The notes: generated by a model not told the origin, from the sequence alone. A stretch of 42,391 nt of DNA from an uncultured Chryseobacterium sp. (GCA_964592515.1 CAZQFG010000003.1:1-42391); one strand, 5' to 3'; shown: positions 1-9,751, numbered from the stretch's first letter. Translations and numbers: made by a program.

Positions 1-64
1 GCGGCGGTCTTGAAAACCGCTTTACCGCAAGGTAACGGGGGTTCGAATCCCTCCCTCTCCGCCA
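1..64 (+). tRNA. tRNA-Ser (anticodon TGA), 5'-truncated by the window edge
   Basis: Anticodon stem GCGGT(4-8)/ACCGC(16-20) with loop CT-TGA-AA; long variable arm TTACC-GCAA-GGTAA; T-arm GGGGG-TTCGAAT-CCCTC; ends in discriminator G + CCA (61-64). Confidence 0.95.
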
Positions 65-68
65 AGCG

Positions 69-98
69 AAGCCTGGCCACGAAGTGGCCGGGCTTTTT
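69..98 (+). terminator. Rho-independent terminator after tRNA-Ser
   Basis: Stem GCCTGGCCAC(71-80)/GTGGCCGGGC(84-93), GAA loop, followed by TTTTT. Confidence 0.85.
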
Positions 99-103
99 CA
101 TGC

Positions 104-407
104 GCAGACCAAGCCAAGCTTGCTTGAGCTTGGGCAGTGCATGAAAAAGACGCGAGCGAAGCGAGCAGGGCTTCCCTTGTAGCCTCCCCCTAAAGGGATG
201 GACCGACCAAAGGGAGGTCGATCCCGTCCTAGGCAGACCAAGCCAAGCTTGCTTGAGCTTGGGCAGTGCATGAAAAAGACGCGAGCGAAGCGAGCAGGGC
301 TTCCCTTGTAGCCTCCCCCTAAAGGGATGGACCGACCAAAGGGAGGTCGATCCCGTCCTAGGCAGACCAAGCCAAGCTTGCTTGAGCTTGGGCGGTGCAT
401 GAAAAAG
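104..407. repeat. 129-bp tandem direct repeat (2 identical copies + partial third) with internal hairpins, tRNA-linked
   Basis: GCAGACCAAGCCAAGCTTGC... starts at 104, 233 and 362; copies 1 and 2 read identical; each has CCAAGCT-TGCTTG-AGCTTGG and GGGATGGACC...GGTCGATCCC hairpins. Confidence 0.95.
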
Positions 408-583
408 CCGCGAAAGCGTCCCAAATACGCGGGACGATCAGCGTTTCCTTATGCCTCCCAGCATGACCACGGCGCAACTACCGCCCGATCATGGCCCTGG
501 CGCACCGCTACGCCATCCCTCCTTGCACCGACCATCGGCCCCCATCACGCAGGGAACGGAAGGAAAGGCGCGTTGTACGACCG

Positions 584-591
584 TAACTTTG
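584..591 (+). promoter_or_regulatory. Bacteroidota sigma70 -7 element (TAACTTTG)
   Basis: Exact match to TAnnTTTG, 5 nt before ATG 597. Confidence 0.7.
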
Positions 592-596
592 TGTTG

Positions 597-2057
597 ATGA
601 GCAAAGCCATACGCATCTTCTCTGTCTTCGCCACAGCGCTCCTTTACCTATCCATCAACGCCCAAGTGGGTCTTGTGGTGGAGAACAAGGTGTACCAACG
701 CCCGGGCATTGGTCCTTATGTGGACGTGAACATGGCCCTGCTGGGTGGCACAGCGGTGATGAAGCCCAACGAGCGCGGTTTCAACCAGGCCCGCGTGGAG
801 GTGATCACCATTGTTGAACAGGAAGGCGCCATCAAGGCCTTTTCGAAAACACTGGTGCTCGGTCCGGAGCGCACGGACAGCCTGGCCATGGACATCATTC
901 ATCAGGAAGCCTTCGATCTGGCACCCGGGGCCTACACGCTGGCCATTGAACTGCGCGACCAGAACAGCACCGACACCACGGCCACCCGCTTCAATGCACC
1001 GCTGGCCATTGGCGATCTCTCGACCGGGCTCGAGATCTCGGAGATCCTGCTTGCTGAACGCATCGAACGCGCCACCAATGGCGAGCGGAGCAAATACGGC
1101 TATGCTCCAGTGCCGCTGCTTACCGATTACCTGCCGTCCAGCATCGGTTCGCTGGAGTTCTATGCGGAGGTGTACAACAGCGACCGCTACTTCGGCGCGG
1201 ACAGCGCCTACCTGCTTACCTACCAGTTGGAGAGTTACGAGAAGCGCACGGTGGTGGGCGCCTTCAAGCGCAACATCCGCAGCAAGGGCCGTCCCGTGGA
1301 ACCGGTGATCGCCGCGTTCGACATCGGTTCGCTGCCCTCGGGCAACTACGTGATCGCCATTGAAGTGCGTGACCGCAAGGGCATACTGCTGGCTCGTCGC
1401 GAGCAGATGGTGCAACGCAACAACCCGGTATCCTTTGCCTACGATATGCAGGCCATGCAGAAGATGGACCTGAGCCACACCTTCGCCGGGGCTTTCAACG
1501 ACCGCGATTCGCTGGCGCAGCACATCCACAGCATGCGACCCATTGCCGATCCGCTGGAGCGCAAGATCATCGACGACCGCTGGAAGGACCGCGACATGGA
1601 CCAGATGCGTCGCTTCTTCTACAGTTTCTGGGCCAACCGCAGTGACGACCCCGAAAAGGCCTGGCTGGAATACCGCGAACAGGTGATCAAGGTGAACAAG
1701 CTCTTCGGTTGCAGGAACAAGAAGGGATACGAGACCGACCGTGGTTACATCTACCTCAAATACGGAGCGCCAAACACCATGATGGACAGATTCAACGAGA
1801 CGGGCACGCTGCCCTACTCCATCTGGCATTACTACCGCGTGGGGCCGTACAGCGACCGCCGTTTCGTGTTCTACCTGCCCGATCTGGTGACCAACTGCTT
1901 CGACCTGCTGCACAGCGAAATGCCAGGCGAGATCCAGAACCCGCAGTGGAACCAGATCCTGCACTCGCGCACCACACCGGTGATGGGCGTTCAGACCAAG
2001 GATCCCAATACCCTCGAGAGCGATAGGGTGCGCGATTTCTACAACAACCCGCGCTGA
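597..2057 (+). CDS. GWxTD domain-containing secreted protein
   Basis: Signal peptide MSKAIRIFSVFATALLYLSINAQ (start moved from ORF 327 to ATG 597); C-terminal FFYSFW...KGYETDRGYIYLKYGAP...PYSIWHY motif set typical of GWxTD proteins. Confidence 0.85.
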   Translation: MSKAIRIFSVFATALLYLSINAQVGLVVENKVYQRPGIGPYVDVNMALLGGTAVMKPNERGFNQARVEVITIVEQEGAIKAFSKTLVLGPERTDSLAMDIIHQEAFDLAPGAYTLAIELRDQNSTDTTATRFNAPLAIGDLSTGLEISEILLAERIERATNGERSKYGYAPVPLLTDYLPSSIGSLEFYAEVYNSDRYFGADSAYLLTYQLESYEKRTVVGAFKRNIRSKGRPVEPVIAAFDIGSLPSGNYVIAIEVRDRKGILLARREQMVQRNNPVSFAYDMQAMQKMDLSHTFAGAFNDRDSLAQHIHSMRPIADPLERKIIDDRWKDRDMDQMRRFFYSFWANRSDDPEKAWLEYREQVIKVNKLFGCRNKKGYETDRGYIYLKYGAPNTMMDRFNETGTLPYSIWHYYRVGPYSDRRFVFYLPDLVTNCFDLLHSEMPGEIQNPQWNQILHSRTTPVMGVQTKDPNTLESDRVRDFYNNPR

Positions 2058-2091
2058 TCGGAACCGTGCATCTTTGCGCCTTCCCCAAGGC

Positions 2092-3135
2092 ATGCGCACG
2101 GCAGTGGTCATACTCAACTGGAACGGCAGACATTGGCTGCAGCGTTTCCTACCCGCAGTGCTCAGCCATTCGGCCGGTGCCGAGATCGTGGTGGCCGACA
2201 ATGGCAGCACGGATGGATCACTGGCCTGGCTGGCGGAACACTACCCGACCGTAACGTTGCTTGACCTGGTCAGCAACCACGGCTTCGCAGGCGGCTACAA
2301 CGAGGCCCTGAAGCAGGTGAACGCCGAACGTTACCTGTTGCTCAATTCCGATGTGGCGGTCTCCGCGGGATGGCTGGATCGCCTGAACGCCTACCTGGAC
2401 CTTCACCCGGAGATGGCCGCCTGCCAACCGAAAGTGCTGGACCACGCGCGCCCCGATCATTTCGAGCATGCTGGTGCTGCCGGCGGGTACATCGATCGCA
2501 ACGGCTACCCCTTCTGCCGTGGACGCATCTTCGAGATCACCGAAACGGATTCCGGGCAGTACGACGATGCACGCGAGGTCTTCTGGGCCACGGGTGCCTG
2601 CATGCTCATCAGGTCGGAAGCATTCCACAGCGCGGGCGGTTTCGATGCCGACCTGTTCGCGCACATGGAGGAGATCGACCTGTGCTGGCGTTTGCGCAGA
2701 CAGGGCTGGACCATTGGCTACACACCGACCGCAGTGGTGCACCATGTGGGCGGCGGCTCGCTGGGCTATGGCAGTCCGCGCAAGACCTACCTCAACTTCC
2801 GTAACAGCCTGATCGTGCTCACGCGCAACCTCAACGTGCCTTTCTGGTGGGTGCAGGTGCTGCGCCGACTGGTGCTTGATGGTGCCGCTGCGGCCAAGTT
2901 CCTTTTGGAAGGACATGGGCGCCACACCTGGCAGGTGGCCCGCGCGCATTGGCACTTCTTCGCCATGCTTCCCAAGGTGATCAGGCAACGGCGCGAGCTC
3001 ATGCGCACCGAGCGCACGCCAACGCTCACCGGCCTCTACCACCGCAGCGTGGCCTACGATCGGTTCATTCTGGGCTGGAAACAGTTCGGTCAGTTGGACC
3101 CAGTGGCCTTCGAGCCCGCCAAGGCAAGCAAGTGA
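2092..3135 (+). CDS. Glycosyltransferase family 2 (rhamnosyltransferase-like)
   Basis: VVILNWNG, VADNGSTDGS, NHGFAGGYN, LLLNSD, ATGACMLIR, FAHMEEIDLCWR motifs. Confidence 0.92.
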   Translation: MRTAVVILNWNGRHWLQRFLPAVLSHSAGAEIVVADNGSTDGSLAWLAEHYPTVTLLDLVSNHGFAGGYNEALKQVNAERYLLLNSDVAVSAGWLDRLNAYLDLHPEMAACQPKVLDHARPDHFEHAGAAGGYIDRNGYPFCRGRIFEITETDSGQYDDAREVFWATGACMLIRSEAFHSAGGFDADLFAHMEEIDLCWRLRRQGWTIGYTPTAVVHHVGGGSLGYGSPRKTYLNFRNSLIVLTRNLNVPFWWVQVLRRLVLDGAAAAKFLLEGHGRHTWQVARAHWHFFAMLPKVIRQRRELMRTERTPTLTGLYHRSVAYDRFILGWKQFGQLDPVAFEPAKASK

Positions 3136-3539
3136 AGGATGGCCAGCCGGTAGCCATCGGCCCCCAGGCCCATGATGGAACCCTTGCACACACTGCCGGT
3201 CAATGACACATGCCGGAACGGTTCGCGCGCCAGCAGGTTGGTGATGTGCACCTCCACCACCGGCACTTTGATGGCCGCAATGGCATCGCGCACCGCCACC
3301 GAGGTGTGCGTGTAGCCACCGGCGTTCAGCACCACGCCATCATACCGCCCTTCGGCCTGTTGCAAGGCCTCCACCAGTTCACCTTCAAGGTTGCTCTGCA
3401 GATGGTGCAGTTCAACATCTGGTAAGGCCTGGCGCCAATCCTCCAAGTGCTCCTCCATGGTGCGTTCGCCGTACAGTGCCCGTTCCCGCGTGCCCAAGAG
3501 GTTCAGGTTCGGACCGTTGAGAATGAGGATGCGCGGCAT
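3090..3539 (-). CDS. aroQ: Type II 3-dehydroquinate dehydratase
   Basis: ILILNGPNLNLLGTRE..YG, QSNLEGELV, NAGGYTHTSVAVRDA, VEVHITN..ARE.FRH.S signature; start at ATG 3539. Confidence 0.95.
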   Translation of the reverse strand: MPRILILNGPNLNLLGTRERALYGERTMEEHLEDWRQALPDVELHHLQSNLEGELVEALQQAEGRYDGVVLNAGGYTHTSVAVRDAIAAIKVPVVEVHITNLLAREPFRHVSLTGSVCKGSIMGLGADGYRLAILHLLALAGSKATGSN

Positions 3540-3667
3540 GGTGCGTAGAGATGGGAATGCGAAGTTCGGAACAATGCGGCGCCCGTTAAGCCCGTTCACG
3601 ATCCACCGTGCAGAATAAGCGCCCGCAACGCCCTGTTGGCGCGGCATCGACGGGTAACCTTCGTGGC

Positions 3668-4579
3668 ATGACCTGGAACGCGGCACTGGCCGATCTGCGC
3701 ATACACCTGAAGTTGGAACGCTCACTGAGCCCGCGTTCCGTGGAGGCGTACCTGCGCGATCTCGCCAAGCTGCAGGCCTATGCCGAAGGGCTCACTCCTC
3801 CCCTGGGCCCGGTGGACCTTGGACTTGAGGACCTGCAGGCCTTTGTGACGGCCACGGCGAAACAAGGCCTCGCCCCCACCAGCCAAGCGCGGTTGCTCAG
3901 CGCCGTGCGCGGATTCTACCGCCACCTGCTGCGTGAGAAAGTGGTGCGCGAAGACCCCAGCGAACTGATCGAAAGCCCGCGTACGGGCCGCTATCTGCCC
4001 ACTTTCCTTACGGTGGAAGAGATCGACAACATGGTGCGCGCCATCGACATGAGCAAGCCCATGGCCCACCGCGACCGCGCCATGATAGAAACGCTGTACG
4101 GTTGCGGATTACGGGTGAGCGAGCTATGCTCCCTGCGTCGCAGCTGGCTGCATTTCTCCGAGGGCTATATCCGCGTGGTGGGCAAGGGCGATAAGGAACG
4201 CCTGGTACCCATCGGCCCCGAGGCCATGCGCCAGATGGACCGTTACATGAGCGACGAGCGTGTGCATCTGCCCCTAAGACCAAAGGCCGAGGACATCGTA
4301 TTCCTTAACCGGCGCGGTGGTCCATTGTCGCGGGTCAGTGTGTTCAACCTGGTGAAGGAACTGGCCGTGCGCGCGGGCATCCACAAGACCATCAGTCCGC
4401 ACACCTTCAGGCATTCGTTCGCCACGCACCTGGTGGAGGGCGGCGCCGATCTGCGCGCGGTGCAGGAAATGCTCGGCCATGCCAGCATCACCACCACCGA
4501 GATCTACACGCATTTGGACCGCGAGTATCTGCGGAGCAATATCCTGCAGTTCCACCCGCGGGCAAAGGCCAGGGCATGA
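3668..4579 (+). CDS. xerD: Site-specific tyrosine recombinase XerD
   Basis: ERSLSPRSVEAYLRDL, YGCGLRVSEL, GKGDKERLVP, SPHTFRHSFATHLVEGGADLRAVQEMLGHASITTTEIY, HPRA end; all catalytic residues present. Confidence 0.92.
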   Translation: MTWNAALADLRIHLKLERSLSPRSVEAYLRDLAKLQAYAEGLTPPLGPVDLGLEDLQAFVTATAKQGLAPTSQARLLSAVRGFYRHLLREKVVREDPSELIESPRTGRYLPTFLTVEEIDNMVRAIDMSKPMAHRDRAMIETLYGCGLRVSELCSLRRSWLHFSEGYIRVVGKGDKERLVPIGPEAMRQMDRYMSDERVHLPLRPKAEDIVFLNRRGGPLSRVSVFNLVKELAVRAGIHKTISPHTFRHSFATHLVEGGADLRAVQEMLGHASITTTEIYTHLDREYLRSNILQFHPRAKARA

Positions 4580-4584
4580 TCGGC

Positions 4585-6219
4585 TCAGCGCACGACCGGC
4601 AGCAGCCGGCGCGAAACGGCACCGCCGCGCACATCCGTCACCAGCACCACATACATGCCACCGGGCAAACGGTCCAGGTCAAGGGTAAGGCTGGTGGAGG
4701 TCCATGGTGAGATGCTCACCATACGACCGTCCATGTCCAGCAGCTGCACCGTCCACAGGCCTTGTTCGTACTGCGCGCGCACCAGCGTGAGCTGTTCGCG
4801 GGCCGGCACCGGCATCATGTGGACAGCCTCCGAGGCTTGTTCGGTCAACCCAGTGGTGAGGTAGAGGTAGGGTTCCGAGGTGCCGGTGCAGCCGCTGCCA
4901 TAAGTGGTCTGCACCGTATAAAATCCCGACGAGAAGGCCGAGATGGTGGCGCCGTTCGCGTTGGGAATGGGTTCGCCGTTGTAGAACCACTCGTAGGTAT
5001 CGGCGGTGGTGCTGGTCAGTTCGGCACCATCTGCGGTGATCACCGGCGGTGGCAGCGGGCAGCGGTCCTTCAGCTTGTACACCCGTTGGTTCGAACGGCT
5101 CACCAGGAAGATCTCCCCCTCGTGGTCCACCGATATGTCGGAGATGCTGATGAGGCCACTGGCCAGCGCGAGCGAATCCACCCAGCCGCCGAGCCCATCG
5201 GGCTCGATGGAGCGGATGTCGCCATTGCAGAAATCAGTGTAGAAGAGCTTTCCCACCATGCGCGGATAGCGTGTTCCGCGGTACACCTCGCCGGCCATGA
5301 TCGCGCACGAATTGCCTCCGTTCACGAAATGGGCATAGGTGCGCAGCGGGTCCACAAGCACATCCTCCGGGGCGCAGCGATCGGGCAGGAAGGGCGCGAA
5401 GCCTTCGTAGCAGCTCCAGCCAAAGTTGGGCGCCGTGTTCACGTTGCCCGGCCAGTGATCCAGCTCTTCCCAGAACTCCTGCCCCACATCACCGATCCAA
5501 AGGTCATTGGTCAATGGGTCGATGCCTATGCGGTACGGGTTCCGCAGACCGTAGGCCCATATCTCAGGGCGCCGTCCTTCGGTGTCGTTCACAAAAGGGT
5601 TGTCCGGTGGAATGGAATAGGTGCTATCCGGCTCTGGCTTGATGCGCAGGATGGTACCGTACAAGTTCGTGGCGTCCTGCCCGTAATCATTGGGATCGCT
5701 GGCATCTCCGCCATCGCCGAGGGCCACGTACAAGTAGCCATCAGTGCCGAACTCCAGATCACCACCCTTGTGGATGCTGCCCGGCTGCGGCAGTTCCAAC
5801 AGGATCTCCTCGCTGTTGTTGATGGCGATGTTGGGGTCGGCCGAGACACTGAAACGCGAAATGCGCGTGGTACCATTGGTGCCCACATTGGCCGTGTAGT
5901 TCAGGTAGAAGTAACCGTTGTTGGCATAGTCCGGGTCGAAGGCCATGCCGATGAGCCCGCGCTCGCCATTGAAAATGACCCGGTTCCCGATATTCAGGAA
6001 GGGCGTGGGCAGCACGGTCATGCTGTCCGAGATAATACTGATGATCCCCCCCTGCCGTGCCACGAACAGGCGCTGGTCGCCACAGCTGGCAATGGTGGTG
6101 GCGTGTTGCATGCCAGTTGCCCACTGCACCAGCTCCAGTTCGAGCGGTGTTTGAGCCTTGGTAGGGTTGACAGTAGTAAAAGCGGAAAGGAGCAGGACGG
6201 CGAACGACGAACGGTACAC
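4585..6219 (-). CDS. PQQ-dependent glucose/sorbosone dehydrogenase-family protein with T9SS type A sorting domain
   Basis: Signal peptide; GERGLIGMAFDPDY, HKGGDLEFGTDGYLYVALGDGG, WAYGLRNPYR, NFGWSCYEG; C-terminal MPVPA...LLDMDGR...LPGGMYVV CTD. Confidence 0.88.
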   Translation of the reverse strand: MYRSSFAVLLLSAFTTVNPTKAQTPLELELVQWATGMQHATTIASCGDQRLFVARQGGIISIISDSMTVLPTPFLNIGNRVIFNGERGLIGMAFDPDYANNGYFYLNYTANVGTNGTTRISRFSVSADPNIAINNSEEILLELPQPGSIHKGGDLEFGTDGYLYVALGDGGDASDPNDYGQDATNLYGTILRIKPEPDSTYSIPPDNPFVNDTEGRRPEIWAYGLRNPYRIGIDPLTNDLWIGDVGQEFWEELDHWPGNVNTAPNFGWSCYEGFAPFLPDRCAPEDVLVDPLRTYAHFVNGGNSCAIMAGEVYRGTRYPRMVGKLFYTDFCNGDIRSIEPDGLGGWVDSLALASGLISISDISVDHEGEIFLVSRSNQRVYKLKDRCPLPPPVITADGAELTSTTADTYEWFYNGEPIPNANGATISAFSSGFYTVQTTYGSGCTGTSEPYLYLTTGLTEQASEAVHMMPVPAREQLTLVRAQYEQGLWTVQLLDMDGRMVSISPWTSTSLTLDLDRLPGGMYVVLVTDVRGGAVSRRLLPVVR

Positions 6220-6267
6220 AGGGGACGATTAAGGTCCCAAAGGTACGTCCGTGGAAGGCGAACGGAC

Positions 6268-7014
6268 CTATTGCACCACCACCCGGCGCACGGCGCCCGA
6301 GTAAGTTCCGGCGGCCTGTAGGGTACCCGTTACCGGGCGGCCCAGCACATCGTAAGTAACACCCTGTGCATCGGTGGCCACAGGGCCGCGCTCGATAATG
6401 CCTACGGCACTGCCACCCGTTGCCGGCGAGGCCACCACGCGCACATCATCCAGTACCCAGCTCCCGGTGAGGTCGCCGTCATAGGGGATCAATTCCAGTT
6501 GGAAGGTGGAGAACTCCATGCCCGTGGGAATGGTGATGGTGCCCACATTGGTCAGCACGGTCTCGCCCAGGTCGTAGGTAATGGCCACATCGGCCAGATC
6601 CATCATGGGGGCGCTCATATCGCTGGTCCAGCGGATCTGCAAACGGACCGGGCCATTGTATGAGGCGTGACGGATCACAATGCTGTCAATGCGCAGATCG
6701 GTGGTGCCGATGCCGCTCACGAGCACGCGCTTGGAGGCATCGGGCTGCAGGCCCCAACCGCTGGCGAACACGGCGTTATTTCCCACCGTCAGCGGATAAG
6801 GACATACATCCACACCCAGCCAGGCCACGTTGGTGCCGAAGAAACCGGCCTGTGTCTGGTCCGGCACATTGCACGCCGAACAGCCATCGAGGCAGTTGAG
6901 CATACTTGCACATACCGCATTGGGCCACGAGTAGTGGATCACCTGGGTCTGTGCTGCTGCAGGTAACAGGGCACTGAGTGCGAACAGGATGGAGAGTGTG
7001 TTCTTGAGCTTCAT
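6268..7014 (-). CDS. Hypothetical secreted protein with N-terminal Cys cluster and short T9SS-like tail
   Basis: Signal peptide ending AAAQ; CASMLNCLDGCSAC; tail TYDVLGRPV...RRVVVQ. Confidence 0.75.
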   Translation of the reverse strand: MKLKNTLSILFALSALLPAAAQTQVIHYSWPNAVCASMLNCLDGCSACNVPDQTQAGFFGTNVAWLGVDVCPYPLTVGNNAVFASGWGLQPDASKRVLVSGIGTTDLRIDSIVIRHASYNGPVRLQIRWTSDMSAPMMDLADVAITYDLGETVLTNVGTITIPTGMEFSTFQLELIPYDGDLTGSWVLDDVRVVASPATGGSAVGIIERGPVATDAQGVTYDVLGRPVTGTLQAAGTYSGAVRRVVVQ

Positions 7015-7238
7015 GACCTGGCATTGCCGAACAGGCGGTTTTGCCCGTTCGCGGCCTTGTTACGGCCTTCTCGCCCCCAGGTTGCACTTCATCCAGAAAA
7101 AGTCCTTCCTCCTCTTCGCAGAAAGCCCATTCATCGATGAGGCCCATGCTCAGTAAAGGACCATATGCATGACACATCACCAATAGGCAATGTACTTCAG
7201 GCCCGCCCGGCCATCGCGTTCACAAGTACGCCTAAGGC

Positions 7239-9680
7239 TCAGCGCACCAGATCGAATCGCTCGGTGCCCAGCACGTCGCCGATGGTGGTGGTGGCACGCA
7301 GCAGGTAGCTGCCCGCGCGCAGCTGGCCCAGGTCAATAGCGGTGGTAAAAGCGCCGCCCACGGCACGTACTTCGCGCTGCACGATCCGGCCATCCACGGC
7401 CAGCACATCCAGCACCACGTTGGTGGCTGTGCGCACCTCGCCACTGATGTTCAGCGTGCCGTTCGTAGGCACCGGGTGGAGGCGCAGCGGCGCGGTCGCA
7501 TCATCGCCCAGGTCCGAGATGCCTACTTGGGCCGTGCTTTTCGCGAAGGCGTACTGGCCCTTGCGCAGGTTGTTCATGGTAATGTAGCCCGTACCGTTGG
7601 TAAGCGTTCCAGCATTTACCACCTGGTCGGCATACACGCTCCACGTGCTGTCCGGGTGAGGGCGGTAGACCACCAGCAGGCCCTCTTCGTTTCCAGCGAT
7701 CAACGCGTTGTCCAACTGGTTGGCACCGTTGCCATAGTAATACAGGCGACCACGCAGCACGGTGCCTTCGGGCCACAGGCCGTCCACGTTCCAATAATGC
7801 GTGTTGCTCATGGTGATGATGTCCGTCGCAACAGGCACCTGGTCCGGTGCCGACCACATGTGGTCCACGCGGACGAAGGTGCTGTCCACCAGCACATCGC
7901 CGTAGAGGCGAAAATCCACGTAGGGCAGGATGTTGTCGAAGTTCACGCCGGGCACAATGGTGATCTCGTGGTCCATGCGGTTCTGGTTCAGCTTGGCGTA
8001 GCGGTTCAGCGCCACCATCACCGGCTGGAAGGGCGCCGTGACCGTGGCGGCGCTCTGCTCCCCGTTGGCCACCACCTGCACATCGTGCGTTGTGCCATCC
8101 GCGGCCCACAGGGTCAGGTCCAGCGGCACTTGCTGGTGATATTGGTCGGTGCCGTACAGCTTCTGGCCGATGGTAAGGTCCACGCTCCAGGCCGCGCCCT
8201 GCTGGGTGGCGGTCCAGTTGCGCACCTCAAAGCCCGCATAGCCGGGGGCGAACACCCATGCATCAAAGAAGGGGTCCAGGTCCTGTCCGCTGGTCAGTTC
8301 CAAGGCCTCCTTGAAGCCCTCGGCGGTAATGGCCGTGTTGGCGTACTGCACCTGGATGGCGCTCATGGCCTGGCGGAAGGCCTCGTTGCCCATGTAGCCG
8401 CGCAGGTTGTGCAGCACCGCCGCACCCTTGTAGTAGGTGTGCGTGCCGTAGATGTGCGGGTCGGGCATCGGCGATAGCGGCTGGAAGCCATCGTCGTTGA
8501 TGTGCGCCTGCTTCAGGATGAAGAGCGTGTTATCCTTCACGGTGCGCATCATGGCCGCAGCGCCGCCGATCCACTCCTCCACCAGGTGACCACTGTACTC
8601 GGCCGGCCCTTCCTTCAACCACATGTCGTTGTGCACGTAGGGCGAGATGTGGTCGCCCCACCAGTGGTGGCCCAGCTCGTGGGCCAGCAGGCCGCGGTTG
8701 CTGCCAATGCTCTGCCCGGTCATGAACTGCGGGTAGGCGATGTTGGTGGCGATCTCCAGCGCACCATCGGTGGTCAGCACATAGCCCACGCGGTCGTAGG
8801 GGTACGGACCGTACCAATGCTCGCAGGCATCAATGGCGGCGGGCAGGTCAACAAAGCGCGTCACCATGGCGCTCAGGTTGGCCGGCTTGGCGTTCAGCGT
8901 CACCGGAATGTCGCCGTTGGCGCCCGTGTGGGTGTATTGCTCTTGGGCATAGTCGGCCACGGCCACAGCACTGATGTACGTGGGAATGGGTTGCGGCAGG
9001 TGGTAGCTCCGCACCACGGTATCACCGCCCAGCTGCACCTCACCCAGGAAGTCGCCCTGGCCGTGCAACCGGTAGGTACCGGAACTCTTCACATGGTACG
9101 TGTAGGTAGCGCGCTCCACAAAACTGTCGAAACAGGGGTACCACACCTTGCCGAAGTTGGGCGGAATGGTGCTGATACCGATACCCAAGTTGTACATGTA
9201 ATTGCTCGCGAAGTAGAACCCGCCCCACTCGGGATCACGGTGCGGTACGCCTTGGTAGTACACGGCCAGGCTGTCCTCCTCCCCTTCGGCCATGGCCGCC
9301 GGCAACTGGACCCGCAGAAAGGCACCATCGTAGGAAAAGGCCACGGGAATGCCCTGGTGCAGTACGCTATCCACGGTCAGGTCGAACAGGTCGAACGTAA
9401 TGCCATCGAGGTCGGGCATCAACGCCCTGAAATGCACCGTGGTGGCGCCCTTCAGCAGTTGTGCGTTGTAGTCGGTCAGGTCCAGGCTGATGTCGTAGTG
9501 CAGGATATCGAAGGTGTCGCTGCGGGCTATGGTCTCTTCGATCTGCGTGCGATCGGCCGCAGTGGCCACCGGGTGCGGATGATATCCTTGACGGAAGTAG
9601 TGGCAGCCATAAGGATTGGGCTGGGCCATGGCGGTGCAGACCGCTACAAGGGCCCCTATGCTATGGGAGGTGCGCAACAT
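7239..9680 (-). CDS. M1 family zinc aminopeptidase with T9SS sorting domain
   Basis: HELGHHWWGD...MWLKEGPAEY (HExxH-x18-E), YYKGAAVLHNLR, WYPCFD; CTD LHPVPTNG...LAVDGR...AGSYLLR; start set at ATG 9680 (signal peptide). Confidence 0.9.
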   Translation of the reverse strand: MLRTSHSIGALVAVCTAMAQPNPYGCHYFRQGYHPHPVATAADRTQIEETIARSDTFDILHYDISLDLTDYNAQLLKGATTVHFRALMPDLDGITFDLFDLTVDSVLHQGIPVAFSYDGAFLRVQLPAAMAEGEEDSLAVYYQGVPHRDPEWGGFYFASNYMYNLGIGISTIPPNFGKVWYPCFDSFVERATYTYHVKSSGTYRLHGQGDFLGEVQLGGDTVVRSYHLPQPIPTYISAVAVADYAQEQYTHTGANGDIPVTLNAKPANLSAMVTRFVDLPAAIDACEHWYGPYPYDRVGYVLTTDGALEIATNIAYPQFMTGQSIGSNRGLLAHELGHHWWGDHISPYVHNDMWLKEGPAEYSGHLVEEWIGGAAAMMRTVKDNTLFILKQAHINDDGFQPLSPMPDPHIYGTHTYYKGAAVLHNLRGYMGNEAFRQAMSAIQVQYANTAITAEGFKEALELTSGQDLDPFFDAWVFAPGYAGFEVRNWTATQQGAAWSVDLTIGQKLYGTDQYHQQVPLDLTLWAADGTTHDVQVVANGEQSAATVTAPFQPVMVALNRYAKLNQNRMDHEITIVPGVNFDNILPYVDFRLYGDVLVDSTFVRVDHMWSAPDQVPVATDIITMSNTHYWNVDGLWPEGTVLRGRLYYYGNGANQLDNALIAGNEEGLLVVYRPHPDSTWSVYADQVVNAGTLTNGTGYITMNNLRKGQYAFAKSTAQVGISDLGDDATAPLRLHPVPTNGTLNISGEVRTATNVVLDVLAVDGRIVQREVRAVGGAFTTAIDLGQLRAGSYLLRATTTIGDVLGTERFDLVR

Positions 9681-9751
9681 GCCGAAGAGTAGTGCTTGGA
9701 AGGTGGTGAAGTTAGTGCGCCGGGGATGGACCTGGGTGTGTGAATACAACG

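Noticed and set aside
1-64. tRNA-Sec (selC), suggested by the long variable arm and nearby selD
   Set aside because: The anticodon is TGA (Ser), not TCA, and the T-arm is canonical
104-407. CRISPR array
   Set aside because: The whole 129-bp unit repeats identically, there are no unique spacers, and no cas genes are in the window
98-596. ORF 98-424 (minus) and the N-terminal extension 327-596 of the GWxTD ORF
   Set aside because: These are translations of the tandem repeat and intergenic DNA; the signal peptide and -7 box place the real start at 597
3668-4579. Integrase of an island inserted at tRNA-Ser
   Set aside because: It has XerD-specific motifs, housekeeping neighbours (aroQ), and I found no duplicated tRNA 3' end (att site) in the window
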